A stretch of DNA of 64,000 nt, from positions 564,109 through 628,108 of the forward strand of contig NZ_BSST01000001.1 of assembly GCF_030161395.1 (NCBI RefSeq). The letters are read 5' to 3'. This stretch comes from Thalassotalea insulae (GTDB lineage: Bacteria > Pseudomonadota > Gammaproteobacteria > Enterobacterales > Alteromonadaceae). The stretch's first letter is position 1. Every line of letters begins with the position of its first letter. Both the position numbers and the translations under genes were made by a program. This document shows, one piece after another, positions 21,288-31,009 of this stretch. The notes beneath the pieces were generated by a model that saw only the letters and a list, made by a program, of their open reading frames with translations, was not told where the DNA came from and ran no database searches.

Positions 21288-21953
21288 ATGATTGATACTA
21301 ATAATGTCAGTATAGAAAGCCTGAGAAATGCGTATGACGTTAGAAGCGGCATATATGATAAGACCGTCGCTATCAGCGAGCTTAAATACCATAAAAAAGC
21401 ACTCGATAAAATTCAGTGGCATTCGCACCTGAAGGTACTAGAAGTTGCAACAGGACCTGGTCGCGTATTGCTTGAAATAGCAAAAAGAACTGGAAACGCA
21501 GTACCTATCTACGGCATTGAACTGTCAAAGAAAATGTTGGATTTGGCAGAAAAAAGAATGGTGAAAAATGGGTATGAGAATATTGTACTCAAACAAGGAG
21601 ATTGCAGACATCTGCCATGGCCGGATAACAGCTTTGATATTCTATACAACGGCTACATGATGGATTTAATTCCGACTGATGATATGCAGGATATTTTGAA
21701 AGAGATGTACCGAGTGCTAAAACCGGGAGGAAAGCTCATTATGGTAAACATGAGTAAAAACAAAGGAAGCAACCATTCCTTTCTTGAGCGCTTATATCAA
21801 TTTCTACCGAAACTGTTAGTTCTCTACATCATGGGAAATTGTCGCCCTGTTTTAATGGAAGAGCCAGTTTCGAGAGCCGGTTTTGTCAATATAACGAGGG
21901 AATATCACCATGGAAAACACCCTACTGAAATTATTATCGCGAATAAAGGATAA
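21288..21953 (+). CDS. class I SAM-dependent methyltransferase
   Basis: 221 aa; motif I LEVATGPGRVLLEIA, post-I acidic residue, motif …VLKPGGKL…. Confidence 0.7.
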   Translation: MIDTNNVSIESLRNAYDVRSGIYDKTVAISELKYHKKALDKIQWHSHLKVLEVATGPGRVLLEIAKRTGNAVPIYGIELSKKMLDLAEKRMVKNGYENIVLKQGDCRHLPWPDNSFDILYNGYMMDLIPTDDMQDILKEMYRVLKPGGKLIMVNMSKNKGSNHSFLERLYQFLPKLLVLYIMGNCRPVLMEEPVSRAGFVNITREYHHGKHPTEIIIANKG

Positions 21954-21957
21954 GGTT

Positions 21958-22569
21958 ATGCTACGTAAATATTTTCTTTTGACTCTAGTTTTATTCCATG
22001 TGTTTTTCGTTTCAAATAACGCCTATGCACAGGATAATACAAAAAATAAAATCGCTGTCTTATTGGGGTTCGAATATCTATCTCCAATAGACCGCGATAG
22101 AAATATTGACACCTACATATTGGATGTGTTTTATCCAGTAGCAGAGATCAGTCCGATAAACCTCAGAATTAGCGCATTAGCTTCATTCGCTTACGCTACT
22201 GGTGATATTACTCAGATCGAAGGAGAATATTCTGAAGGCACAATGCATGACGTAAATTATAAAAACTCTGCGTTTGCCTTAGGCCCAGGGGTGCAGCTGG
22301 ACTGGAGGGTTTTCAAAGATGAGCAACTGTCTTTTCACCTCGAAGGCATTGGTAATTTATTTATCTATAATGATAAATTTCCTGCCGGTGGCAAATATTA
22401 TAACTTTATGTGGCGGATTGGCCCGTCTGTCTATTATAAACTTGATAACTCAAGTAAAGTAGGGGTCGGGTATCATTGGTCACATGCTTCAAACGGAACG
22501 GGGGTTCGACCAGAAAATCCATCGTATGATGCAGAAGGAGTCTTTATTCGTTACTCTCGTCTTTTTTAA
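21958..22569 (+). CDS. outer-membrane beta-barrel protein, lipid A 3-O-deacylase (PagL)-like
   Basis: ATG at 21958 after AAGGATAAGG; signal peptide, alternating amphipathic strands, C-terminal …HWSHASNG…VFIRYSRLF (H-x-S-N motif and terminal aromatic residue). Confidence 0.45.
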   Translation: MLRKYFLLTLVLFHVFFVSNNAYAQDNTKNKIAVLLGFEYLSPIDRDRNIDTYILDVFYPVAEISPINLRISALASFAYATGDITQIEGEYSEGTMHDVNYKNSAFALGPGVQLDWRVFKDEQLSFHLEGIGNLFIYNDKFPAGGKYYNFMWRIGPSVYYKLDNSSKVGVGYHWSHASNGTGVRPENPSYDAEGVFIRYSRLF

Positions 22570-22913
22570 TCAATCAACGCATAGATCATAATCTGATGAA
22601 ATTAAATACTCGCATTACAAGTGGCTGCTACCCCCAAAACAGTGAGTGCTTTTAGCTGGCTGTTCAGGTCCCACGAAGTTATATTGAAAAGCATTTTGTA
22701 ACCTCATTTTGAGATCTGTGTTCAATAGTGCGCTTGTGATTAAATTGTTCATAAAAGAAAGGTGAACTAATACACTCTTTGGCTACTTGTTGATATAAAG
22801 TTTTCTATATTATTACGATGCTTAAGCTTTACCCCTGAGACAACTTGAATTTAAATGATGTTATAATAGTAAACCTATGAAAAAGTTAGTAAAAACCAAC
22901 AAAAGGTAAACAA

Positions 22914-23330
22914 ATGAAATTATTACACACTATGGTGCGAGTGAGCGATCTAGATGCCTCTTTAACATTTTATTGTGACTTACTTGGTCTTAAAGAAGTC
23001 AGACGCAAAGAAGTGCCGGCGGGCAAATTTACCTTGATTTTTTTAGCCGCTCAAGACAGTGAGCATGAAATTGAATTAACCTATAACTGGGAGCAATCTG
23101 AGCCATATTCCGATGGTCGAAATTTTGGTCATATCGCCCTGCGAGTAGAAAACATCTACGATACTTGCCAAAAATTAATGGATGCAGGCGTAACAATTAA
23201 CCGCCCACCGCGCTGCGGGCACATGGCATTTGTTCGTTCACCAGATGGCATTTCGATTGAAATACTACAAGATGGACACTTACCTCCTCAAGAGCCTTGG
23301 GTAAGCATGGAAAACACGGGCACTTGGTAA
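22914..23330 (+). CDS. gloA: glyoxalase I (lactoylglutathione lyase), VOC family
   Basis: 138 aa; [20 protein letters not shown]…ELTYNW…GHIALRV… conserved GloA pattern. Confidence 0.7.
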   Translation: MKLLHTMVRVSDLDASLTFYCDLLGLKEVRRKEVPAGKFTLIFLAAQDSEHEIELTYNWEQSEPYSDGRNFGHIALRVENIYDTCQKLMDAGVTINRPPRCGHMAFVRSPDGISIEILQDGHLPPQEPWVSMENTGTW

Positions 23331-23396
23331 ATAAGCTATTTATTCAACAGGTAAGGTATGACTACAACACAACCACCAGTTGAATCCCATAACTTG

Positions 23397-25424
23397 TTAT
23401 TTTAATAACGTAAATAAATTACTAAAATCATCCGTCCAAACAACGGCCGATTGTGTTTTTTCTGGCACCTTCGTTTGATAAAGTTTAGCAATTCCACTGC
23501 TTAATAACGCTTGGTTGTTAGTTAGCCATACCCATTCAGTATCATGGCCATGCTGTTGTTCAGCTTGTGTTTTAAAATACACTAACTGTATATTGGTTTG
23601 CTGCGCCAAGCCTTGCATTAACGGCAATAAGTTTAAATGACTGTTAGAAATATGAATTGCTATCACACCATCTTCCGCCAAGTGCTGCCAATACAACGCC
23701 ATCGCTTCAACCGTCAATAAGTGCTGCGGAATGCTATCACCTGAAAAAGCATCTATCACCAAAACATCAAAATTTTGTGGCTGCTGTTGTGACAATTCTC
23801 GCGTTAACGACACACGGGCATCACCAGAAATAATCGCAATATCCGCACGAGAATTTTCAAGATAACTAAAATAACGCTGCGCTGCGTTAATAACCCCGGG
23901 GTTTAATTCATAAAATCGGTAGTTATCATCTTGTTGACCATAGGCAGCTAACGTACCTGCACCTAAGCCAATTAACCCAACATTTACCCCTCGCTCTAGC
24001 TGATTAAGCTCAGCAAATTGCTCCAATGCTAGCGCTACACCTGTATACTTACGATAATAACTTAGCGGAATACCTTGCTTTTCTATGTCTAATGACTGCG
24101 TACCATGAGACGTAGTCCCATCAATTAAACGACGCTCATTAAGGGTTTCAGTTTGAATATCTTTAACACTCAATACACCATAAAAATTACGTTGATTAAA
24201 CACATCACTTTGCAAATATTGCTCGTTGAGCTGCCATAAAACACCAGCACATATAATCGCTAAGGAAAGACTCAATATCATCAGTTTATTAACCTGTTTA
24301 ACCGCTTGATAAACCGCTAGAGAGAACAAAACAAAAACCGCAAGAATCGCTAAAGGGAATTCTAAAAACTGAACGAACACCGCTTGGGCGACAAATGCCA
24401 CTAGAGCGCTACCAATAAAGCCACCAGTTGCTATCACTAAATAATACCAAGTTAACTGGCTAACACAGGGCTTTAAACGTGCCAGCTCACCATGGCAAAT
24501 CATACAGGCAGCAAACAAGATACTAGAATAAAGCACCACCTGAGTGACTATTGAAAATTGAGAACCAATAAAAAACATCAAAATCGCAATAATCGCGGTA
24601 GGAATAAAGAGTAAAAACCAGTACCAGCGGACATACCACTTAGGGCTGTGGAAGCTAATAATAAAACTAAGCAAATATAAACATAAAGGTAAAATCCATA
24701 AAAATGGCACTGGTGGAATATTTTGCGTCATCGCATTAGTGGTTGCCACCAAGAGCACCACCCCAGTAATAGATAAGCCAAACCACAACATCACATGGCT
24801 CAACGGAGATTTATTGACCACCGATTGACTTATCGTCTGCTTAATCCTTTGCTGTTTAGCAATGTGGTACATCAGGGCGAGTAACACCAAACAATAGCTG
24901 CCATAACCAACAGACCAAAGATTTCTTTGCGCACTGCCAGCAAGTAGAGGTTCAATCAAAAAAGGAAAACTAAGTAGCGCTATCAACGATGCTGCATTTG
25001 ATAGAGAGTAAAGCTGATATGGCAATTTATCGTGTTTTACCACGCTAAACCATTTTTGCACTAATGGTCCGGTTGACGCTAATAATAAATACGGTAAACC
25101 AATCGAAAAAGTTAGCAAAGACAAGATATTAAATAGCGGGAGCTCAGTAGATTCTATACGGCTCTCAATTGGCGTTAATGGCAGTGATATCAAGCTAACG
25201 AACAGTAATCCACTATGCAGTTTCAATTGCATTTTTAGTGATTTTATTTTGCCAAGCAAGTGAGCGTATAAATAACCCAGTAACAAAAAACCCTGAAAAA
25301 ACAGCAAACATGCAGTCCAAATCGCCGCCCCACCACCAAATATCGGTAAGATAATTTTGGCAACTAAGGGTTGCACCTGAAACAGTAAAAACGCACCGAT
25401 AAAAATAGCAATAACAAACAGCAT
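23397..25424 (-). CDS. fused polytopic membrane domain plus spermidine-synthase-like (PABS) aminopropyltransferase-fold protein
   Basis: 675 aa; about 10 predicted TM helices then C-terminal …VGLIGLGAGTLAAY…FDVLVIDAFSGDSIP…DGVIAIHISN… spermidine synthase-like fold. Confidence 0.7.
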   Translation of the reverse strand: MLFVIAIFIGAFLLFQVQPLVAKIILPIFGGGAAIWTACLLFFQGFLLLGYLYAHLLGKIKSLKMQLKLHSGLLFVSLISLPLTPIESRIESTELPLFNILSLLTFSIGLPYLLLASTGPLVQKWFSVVKHDKLPYQLYSLSNAASLIALLSFPFLIEPLLAGSAQRNLWSVGYGSYCLVLLALMYHIAKQQRIKQTISQSVVNKSPLSHVMLWFGLSITGVVLLVATTNAMTQNIPPVPFLWILPLCLYLLSFIISFHSPKWYVRWYWFLLFIPTAIIAILMFFIGSQFSIVTQVVLYSSILFAACMICHGELARLKPCVSQLTWYYLVIATGGFIGSALVAFVAQAVFVQFLEFPLAILAVFVLFSLAVYQAVKQVNKLMILSLSLAIICAGVLWQLNEQYLQSDVFNQRNFYGVLSVKDIQTETLNERRLIDGTTSHGTQSLDIEKQGIPLSYYRKYTGVALALEQFAELNQLERGVNVGLIGLGAGTLAAYGQQDDNYRFYELNPGVINAAQRYFSYLENSRADIAIISGDARVSLTRELSQQQPQNFDVLVIDAFSGDSIPQHLLTVEAMALYWQHLAEDGVIAIHISNSHLNLLPLMQGLAQQTNIQLVYFKTQAEQQHGHDTEWVWLTNNQALLSSGIAKLYQTKVPEKTQSAVVWTDDFSNLFTLLK

Positions 25425-25711
25425 AGAACACCTTTATAGAAGATCAGGCGCTATTTAAAAGCATTGTTACTGATAAATCAAAGAATTAAAAATAATAAAG
25501 AAAACAAAGGCAATTGACTAAATGTTGAAGTCTTCACCTTTAATCACTAACGGCTCTTATTGAGCGCTGGTTAAATTCTGGTAATAACTTTTAATATACT
25601 GATAATCAGAGAAAAGTTGTTCACTATCAAAACTTGCAAGAGAATAAGCATCAGTTTCAGGTATTAATAATGATTTTGGCTCTAAAGACACTATGATACA
25701 AAGGCGCTATC

Positions 25712-28700
25712 TCAATCAATAATCATCTCATCTGAACTACTTTTTCTATCCTTTGCTATTTCTCTACTTATTTTTTGCATATGTGTTTCCGAGCTGCTCG
25801 CTGAAATCTCACTAGTAAAGTTTAGTGTTTTTAAGGTTTCAATCATTTCCAAATCGACATTTTTGTTACTTTCAAGAGCCGACACCAAAGGCGTTAAAAA
25901 CAATTCCATATTTTGAGTAAAAAGTGAAAGTGTATGCTCTAATTCCGAATAGTCAGGTTTTTCCACATTCACTTGTAGCTTAAGGTTAGCAACGGTTTCA
26001 TTTAATGTCTCCAATCCCCCTGATTGTGGTTGTTGCAAAACTTGCCCTATTTGGTTTAGGCCTTTTTGTAATAATGAAATCTGACTTGCAATAGTGGCTA
26101 TTGGATTATCATTATCGCCAAGGTTTTGATGACGGACAAAGTCTTCTTTGATTTGCTTCCACCGAGCAACTTGATCACCGCTTTGTGCGCCGCGAAGTTC
26201 AGCTAACTTCAATAAATTTTCTTCTGCACCAACAGTAAGAGTTTGAGCTTCTCCACGATAATGATCGGTGATTAATTGCTCGACCTCTTCATCAGTCATC
26301 ACTGGAACGACTTTTTCAGCCATTTTATTCATATTGCGATAACTTCCTTGCAATTTAAATGGTGGTTCCGTTCGATATTTATCGTCTTGTGCTGCAGATG
26401 CTATATATTGTTCATTCGCTTTTAGTACTGTTTCTTGAATTTTTCGAATGCGTTGAATGACAGCAACAATTTCATTAATTTCAGCTTGAGAATAACCATA
26501 CTTTAATTCAGTAGAAGCAATTGGCTCGCCATCTGCAATTTTAACTAATTTATATAAATCATCCATCTCGCGAGTCGCCAATGGCGCAAGGTATGAATTA
26601 CTGGTTAAACTATTCTCGATAAAACTTAAAGAAAACTCTTGCTCACGACCACTCAAAGTATCCCCTAGGTTATAGATATCAGCACGATTAGCTAACATAT
26701 CAGGAATAGTAAATGCTTCTCCAGATTCGGTGTATGGGTTACCCGCCATAACGATTGCAAACTTTTTACCTCGCATGTCATAGGTTTTACTTTCACCATT
26801 CCATACTCCATCCACTCTCCTAGATCCATCACATAGAGAAATGAACTTCTGCAAAAACTCCGGATTTGTGTGTTGAATATCATCAAGGTAAAGCAAAACA
26901 TTGTTACCCATTTCGAAAGCCAAGTTGATTTTTTCTACTTCATTTTTTGCAGTAGAATTATTTGCCTGAGCAGGGTCGAGTGACAGCTGCTCATGACCAA
27001 TCGATGGACAATTAATTTTGACAAACGTCATTCCCAGCTTACTAGCGACGTATTCAATTAACGTGGTTTTACCATAACCTGGGGGTGAAATAAGTAATAA
27101 CAGCCCCATTAGATCCGTGCGTTTATTGTTACCAGCGGCACCAATTTGTTTAGCTAAATTAGTACCTATAATTGGAAAATAAACATCATTTATTAGTTTA
27201 TTTCGAACAAAAGACGACAGCGCACTTGGTTTGAACTCCTCTAACCTTAAACGTTTGCGTTGCTGTTCTAACACTCTTTGCTTGTTTTGGTGAAACGCTC
27301 TAAATGCAGGTACATGCTCATGACAAAACTGGCGGATCTTAGTAATAAACTCTTGATAGTTAATTTGAATTTTTCTATCCACAATTAATAAATGCTGGCC
27401 AAGTAAACCATCGACTACTACGTCAGTATTAGCACCCGAGCTATAAAACTGACATTGCCCCTCCATCATCAGGAGCATAGATGCCTCAATGAGTACATCG
27501 TGAGTAACAGTTATTTCTTGATGACGTACAAATGATTGTAACCAAGCAAAATGAAGCTGATATTTCTGAGAAATAGTTGAACAACCAGATAACGCTCCAT
27601 TAATTTTATTTTCTAAAACTTTATGCTTTAACTGAGCTTTCAATTGTTCCACTAACGTTAAGCTGGCTTCTTTTATGATAAAGCTCAACTCTATAGATGC
27701 TAACTCTTGAATTAGATAAGACGCAGCTAGAGAAGTATCACCCCACAACCATTCCTGTTTTTCGATGTACTTCCCCAATGCCGAGGCAATTTCTTCAACA
27801 AGCTGTTGGCGTAACTCTCCACTACCAAATGTCTCTTCCATTAAGTTCAAATTTTGACAACGACGCCTTAAGTCTTCTTGTTCAGTTAAACTTAACTCTA
27901 AATTAAAGAAACATATACCTAATCGCCTTTCTTGCGCTGAAAAAGCCAATAGCCCGATAGATTCTTTTAACGCTAATAGTTGAGATAAAATTAAGGCGGC
28001 ATCGGCATCATGAACGCCTTTATCATAACCTTCTTGATATCTAGGCTCAGCCGATTTTCTAATAAGGTTAACAAGCTCACCGTTTTTATCTGCTTCTTGT
28101 AAACGCTCTACAGCAATAATACCTTTCGATTCAGCCTCAAATAAAATCGTAGCCGCTAAATATTCCCCTCGATAAACAGCATCACTTTCAGAAATAAGTT
28201 CTTGCTGCCAAAGGTACTTTGTTCCGGCAAAAATTTTTGGGTCGAGTGGTTCAAAATACTCACTACCACTAATATGGAGCACCATAGCATCGTCGCGAGG
28301 AAGCAAGGTGAGTTCTAACTTCTGTCGATTTACCGAAAATTGATGTTCCCCTATTTGAACTAGACTACCATCAGCAGAATAGATCTCACTTTTATCACGG
28401 AGCGCTCTAATTCCTTGCTCTTGAGCATTTTTTAATTGAGCTTCAACATCATCAGCCCTAACATTATCATCAAGCTCTCGTAGTTGTTTGACAAGCTGTC
28501 GAAGCTTAGCAATCATAGGATCACCAGCAAAATAACTATTTAATTTATCTTGCTCGTTGAACGTTTGACTACGACGATTAACCCCTTCAAGAATACGCTC
28601 AGCTGCCGTCATTAAGTTTAAACAACGTCGCTGCTGAGTATCCATCAGCTGTTGCTTATGCTGTTCAAAATTATCGTAAATTTCGTCTCGTTTAGCTAAA

Positions 28701-30931
28701 ATTTCATTGTAAAATTCATCGTAATCACTAAATTGACTTTCCAGTTCTTCTAATTGGACAAGTATTTGGGATAGTTGTTGATCACAATTCTGAGGGCTAT
28801 CGCTAGCATTTAATCCACTGGTTACACTTTGACTCAGTAATTTAAAGCGAGCACCAAATTCAGCTCTAGCTTCTTCACTGCCAACACTTTTCACAGCAAG
28901 TTCAGCGCTGGCTTTAACTTTATTTATTTGGCTAAAAACTGTTGAAATATCTTCTAAAATTCGAGTTCGTTGCCTGCTATCTTCTATTTCTAACGACAGC
29001 ATCGTGCGATTTAATAATTCTAGTCCTTGTGTAAGTTCATCAATAGCCGCTTGAATTGGTTTCAATTCCGTGACTGATTCATTAATCTCCACTGCTTTTT
29101 CAAGTTCACAAATAGTGTCTTGATAAGGCTTTAACGCTTGATCTTTCTGCAGAAAATCGGCCGTAGCCTGGCTGAGATCTTTGGTTAACTGATCGAGGTT
29201 AACTTCCATTGCCTCTATTTCACCAACATCGATATATCGCAACTCTTTGTGCGTGATGAGTTCACCTTTAAATTGCGTAAGTTCAGCCAAGCTTTCCACA
29301 AACTTTTTGGCGCTATCAAAATTCGAATTTTTAATATCTTTGGTTAGTGTCTCAAGTTTTTCTCGTGCTTCAGCCATTATGGCATCTGAGTTTTCTTTGA
29401 TACTGGAGACTTTTTCAAATTCATCAAGTACCAATTCTGACGTCGTCACTACCTGCTTAAGTAACTCATTGAGTGTCTGTAATTTGATATCACTAAGCCA
29501 ATGATATTTATCAAAAAGTAACTTTGACTCTTTAACTAAATCATTAAAATGATAAGCACTCGGCTCTTGCACAGAAATAAGCTTAACCACACCGTATAAG
29601 TCAGAGACCCCACGGACAAGTTCAGGATTTCCTATTTTACCAAAAAAGCTATTATCTGCAGGCTGATCACTCGCATACTCTTCACTGCAAAAAGGTGTTT
29701 GCCAAATCTGCATAGCATGCACCCTTGATGGTTCAGATTCAGCATTGAAAACAACCACTCTACCGTTGTTATACAAACTTTGCCCATGGCCATAAATCGG
29801 GTTTTGCAAGGTTCGCGTGATCAAGTTGTAACCAAACAACGCATACTGGCCTTCATTTGGTTCATAAAAAATATAAAGAAAGTCTTCACCATTAGGCGAT
29901 TTAACCACTCGATGCAATTGAAGATCTTCAGCGCTGTCTTCAAAGCTTTTATTTTCACCATTTTGCAGGTAATACCCGCCCGGAAAAATAATGCCATGAT
30001 CTTCTGGTAATTGAATACAAGTATGAGCGATAGCGTCCTGTCTAAGTACCTGATGAGTTTTACAGTTGAAAATTAGATGACGCGTTACTTCTTCCCTATA
30101 AGGCTTTATCTTTAAGAGTATCAGTTCCCCGACTTTAGCGTATTGAATATCCGCGTCATCAAGTGACTGATGGTCATCATCAACAGGCTCTGAATAAATT
30201 CCTTCACCTTCTTCAGTATTATTTTCAATTTTTAAGGTGATCGAGCCACCAATTGATTCAACAAAAAGCGTATCAAATAAATTGTAATGAGGATGCTTAC
30301 CTTGTTCTTGTTGCTCCCGTGATACTTTATGCCATTCAAAGTCAAAGTTATCAGGTTGTTTAATGTCACGTTCGCCACGATTATCGATATAAGTCACTTG
30401 CTGCTGCGCATCTATTCCCCAGCGGAAAACCCGAATATCATCAAGGCGGTCTCCAATACGAAAAACGGCAAATACTTTACTTCCCTGGCGATAAACGTGA
30501 GCAAGAAATGTTTTCTTATAATAGGTGTACAATTCATCGAAATCTCGAACAAATTCAGCATCATCAAGAAAACTGCCATTTATCGGAATATCAACAATTT
30601 CAACTTCGCCATCATTGTCTTTAAGTTGATGTAGACTGAATACATCAGCAACAGTGATATTACGTTTTAACCCTAAAAAAACGTTATAACCAAAAAGCAA
30701 AATGTCGCCTATAGCAGCAATATCTCTTGCTATACAGTTATGTTCAGTTCGTACCCTGATCCGTGCGTCAACAGTCATGTCAGTAGAACCAAACGTTGCA
30801 ATACGTTCGTCATTTAACTGTTTTATCTGTTTATTAAGATCACTACCTAAGGCCGATAATCGACGCTGAATAAGCTCATATGAACCACCTTCAGCAACCG
30901 CTTGATTGGTGACACTTTCCTTATCTGTCAT
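25712..30931 (-). CDS. giant (1739 aa) coiled-coil protein with a single internal AAA+ ATPase module; function unknown
   Basis: Uninterrupted ORF with GGAG RBS 8 nt upstream of ATG. Walker A GYGKT (residue about 1290), Walker B LLYLDD and sensor-1-like MAGN, flanked by long heptad-rich regions and an N-terminal domain of about 450 aa with no recognisable motif. Last gene of the nfeD-flotillin operon. Confidence 0.75.
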   Translation of the reverse strand: MTDKESVTNQAVAEGGSYELIQRRLSALGSDLNKQIKQLNDERIATFGSTDMTVDARIRVRTEHNCIARDIAAIGDILLFGYNVFLGLKRNITVADVFSLHQLKDNDGEVEIVDIPINGSFLDDAEFVRDFDELYTYYKKTFLAHVYRQGSKVFAVFRIGDRLDDIRVFRWGIDAQQQVTYIDNRGERDIKQPDNFDFEWHKVSREQQEQGKHPHYNLFDTLFVESIGGSITLKIENNTEEGEGIYSEPVDDDHQSLDDADIQYAKVGELILLKIKPYREEVTRHLIFNCKTHQVLRQDAIAHTCIQLPEDHGIIFPGGYYLQNGENKSFEDSAEDLQLHRVVKSPNGEDFLYIFYEPNEGQYALFGYNLITRTLQNPIYGHGQSLYNNGRVVVFNAESEPSRVHAMQIWQTPFCSEEYASDQPADNSFFGKIGNPELVRGVSDLYGVVKLISVQEPSAYHFNDLVKESKLLFDKYHWLSDIKLQTLNELLKQVVTTSELVLDEFEKVSSIKENSDAIMAEAREKLETLTKDIKNSNFDSAKKFVESLAELTQFKGELITHKELRYIDVGEIEAMEVNLDQLTKDLSQATADFLQKDQALKPYQDTICELEKAVEINESVTELKPIQAAIDELTQGLELLNRTMLSLEIEDSRQRTRILEDISTVFSQINKVKASAELAVKSVGSEEARAEFGARFKLLSQSVTSGLNASDSPQNCDQQLSQILVQLEELESQFSDYDEFYNEILAKRDEIYDNFEQHKQQLMDTQQRRCLNLMTAAERILEGVNRRSQTFNEQDKLNSYFAGDPMIAKLRQLVKQLRELDDNVRADDVEAQLKNAQEQGIRALRDKSEIYSADGSLVQIGEHQFSVNRQKLELTLLPRDDAMVLHISGSEYFEPLDPKIFAGTKYLWQQELISESDAVYRGEYLAATILFEAESKGIIAVERLQEADKNGELVNLIRKSAEPRYQEGYDKGVHDADAALILSQLLALKESIGLLAFSAQERRLGICFFNLELSLTEQEDLRRRCQNLNLMEETFGSGELRQQLVEEIASALGKYIEKQEWLWGDTSLAASYLIQELASIELSFIIKEASLTLVEQLKAQLKHKVLENKINGALSGCSTISQKYQLHFAWLQSFVRHQEITVTHDVLIEASMLLMMEGQCQFYSSGANTDVVVDGLLGQHLLIVDRKIQINYQEFITKIRQFCHEHVPAFRAFHQNKQRVLEQQRKRLRLEEFKPSALSSFVRNKLINDVYFPIIGTNLAKQIGAAGNNKRTDLMGLLLLISPPGYGKTTLIEYVASKLGMTFVKINCPSIGHEQLSLDPAQANNSTAKNEVEKINLAFEMGNNVLLYLDDIQHTNPEFLQKFISLCDGSRRVDGVWNGESKTYDMRGKKFAIVMAGNPYTESGEAFTIPDMLANRADIYNLGDTLSGREQEFSLSFIENSLTSNSYLAPLATREMDDLYKLVKIADGEPIASTELKYGYSQAEINEIVAVIQRIRKIQETVLKANEQYIASAAQDDKYRTEPPFKLQGSYRNMNKMAEKVVPVMTDEEVEQLITDHYRGEAQTLTVGAEENLLKLAELRGAQSGDQVARWKQIKEDFVRHQNLGDNDNPIATIASQISLLQKGLNQIGQVLQQPQSGGLETLNETVANLKLQVNVEKPDYSELEHTLSLFTQNMELFLTPLVSALESNKNVDLEMIETLKTLNFTSEISASSSETHMQKISREIAKDRKSSSDEMIID

Positions 30932-31009
30932 CTATGACTCCATGAACATCTTGATACAACGGGCCAGGTAAGCCCGTCGTTTTTACCTACTAGTACTATT
31001 GCAAATTTG

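Noticed and set aside
21288-21953. Calling the island methyltransferase an arsenite methyltransferase (ArsM) because of the adjacent ArsR
   Set aside because: It is only 221 aa and lacks the conserved cysteine residues that define ArsM. A generic class I SAM methyltransferase is all the sequence supports.
25425-25711. Looking for a terminator or att site between the giant ATPase gene and the spermidine-synthase-like gene
   Set aside because: No convincing hairpin or direct repeat is visible in this 287-bp AT-rich spacer.
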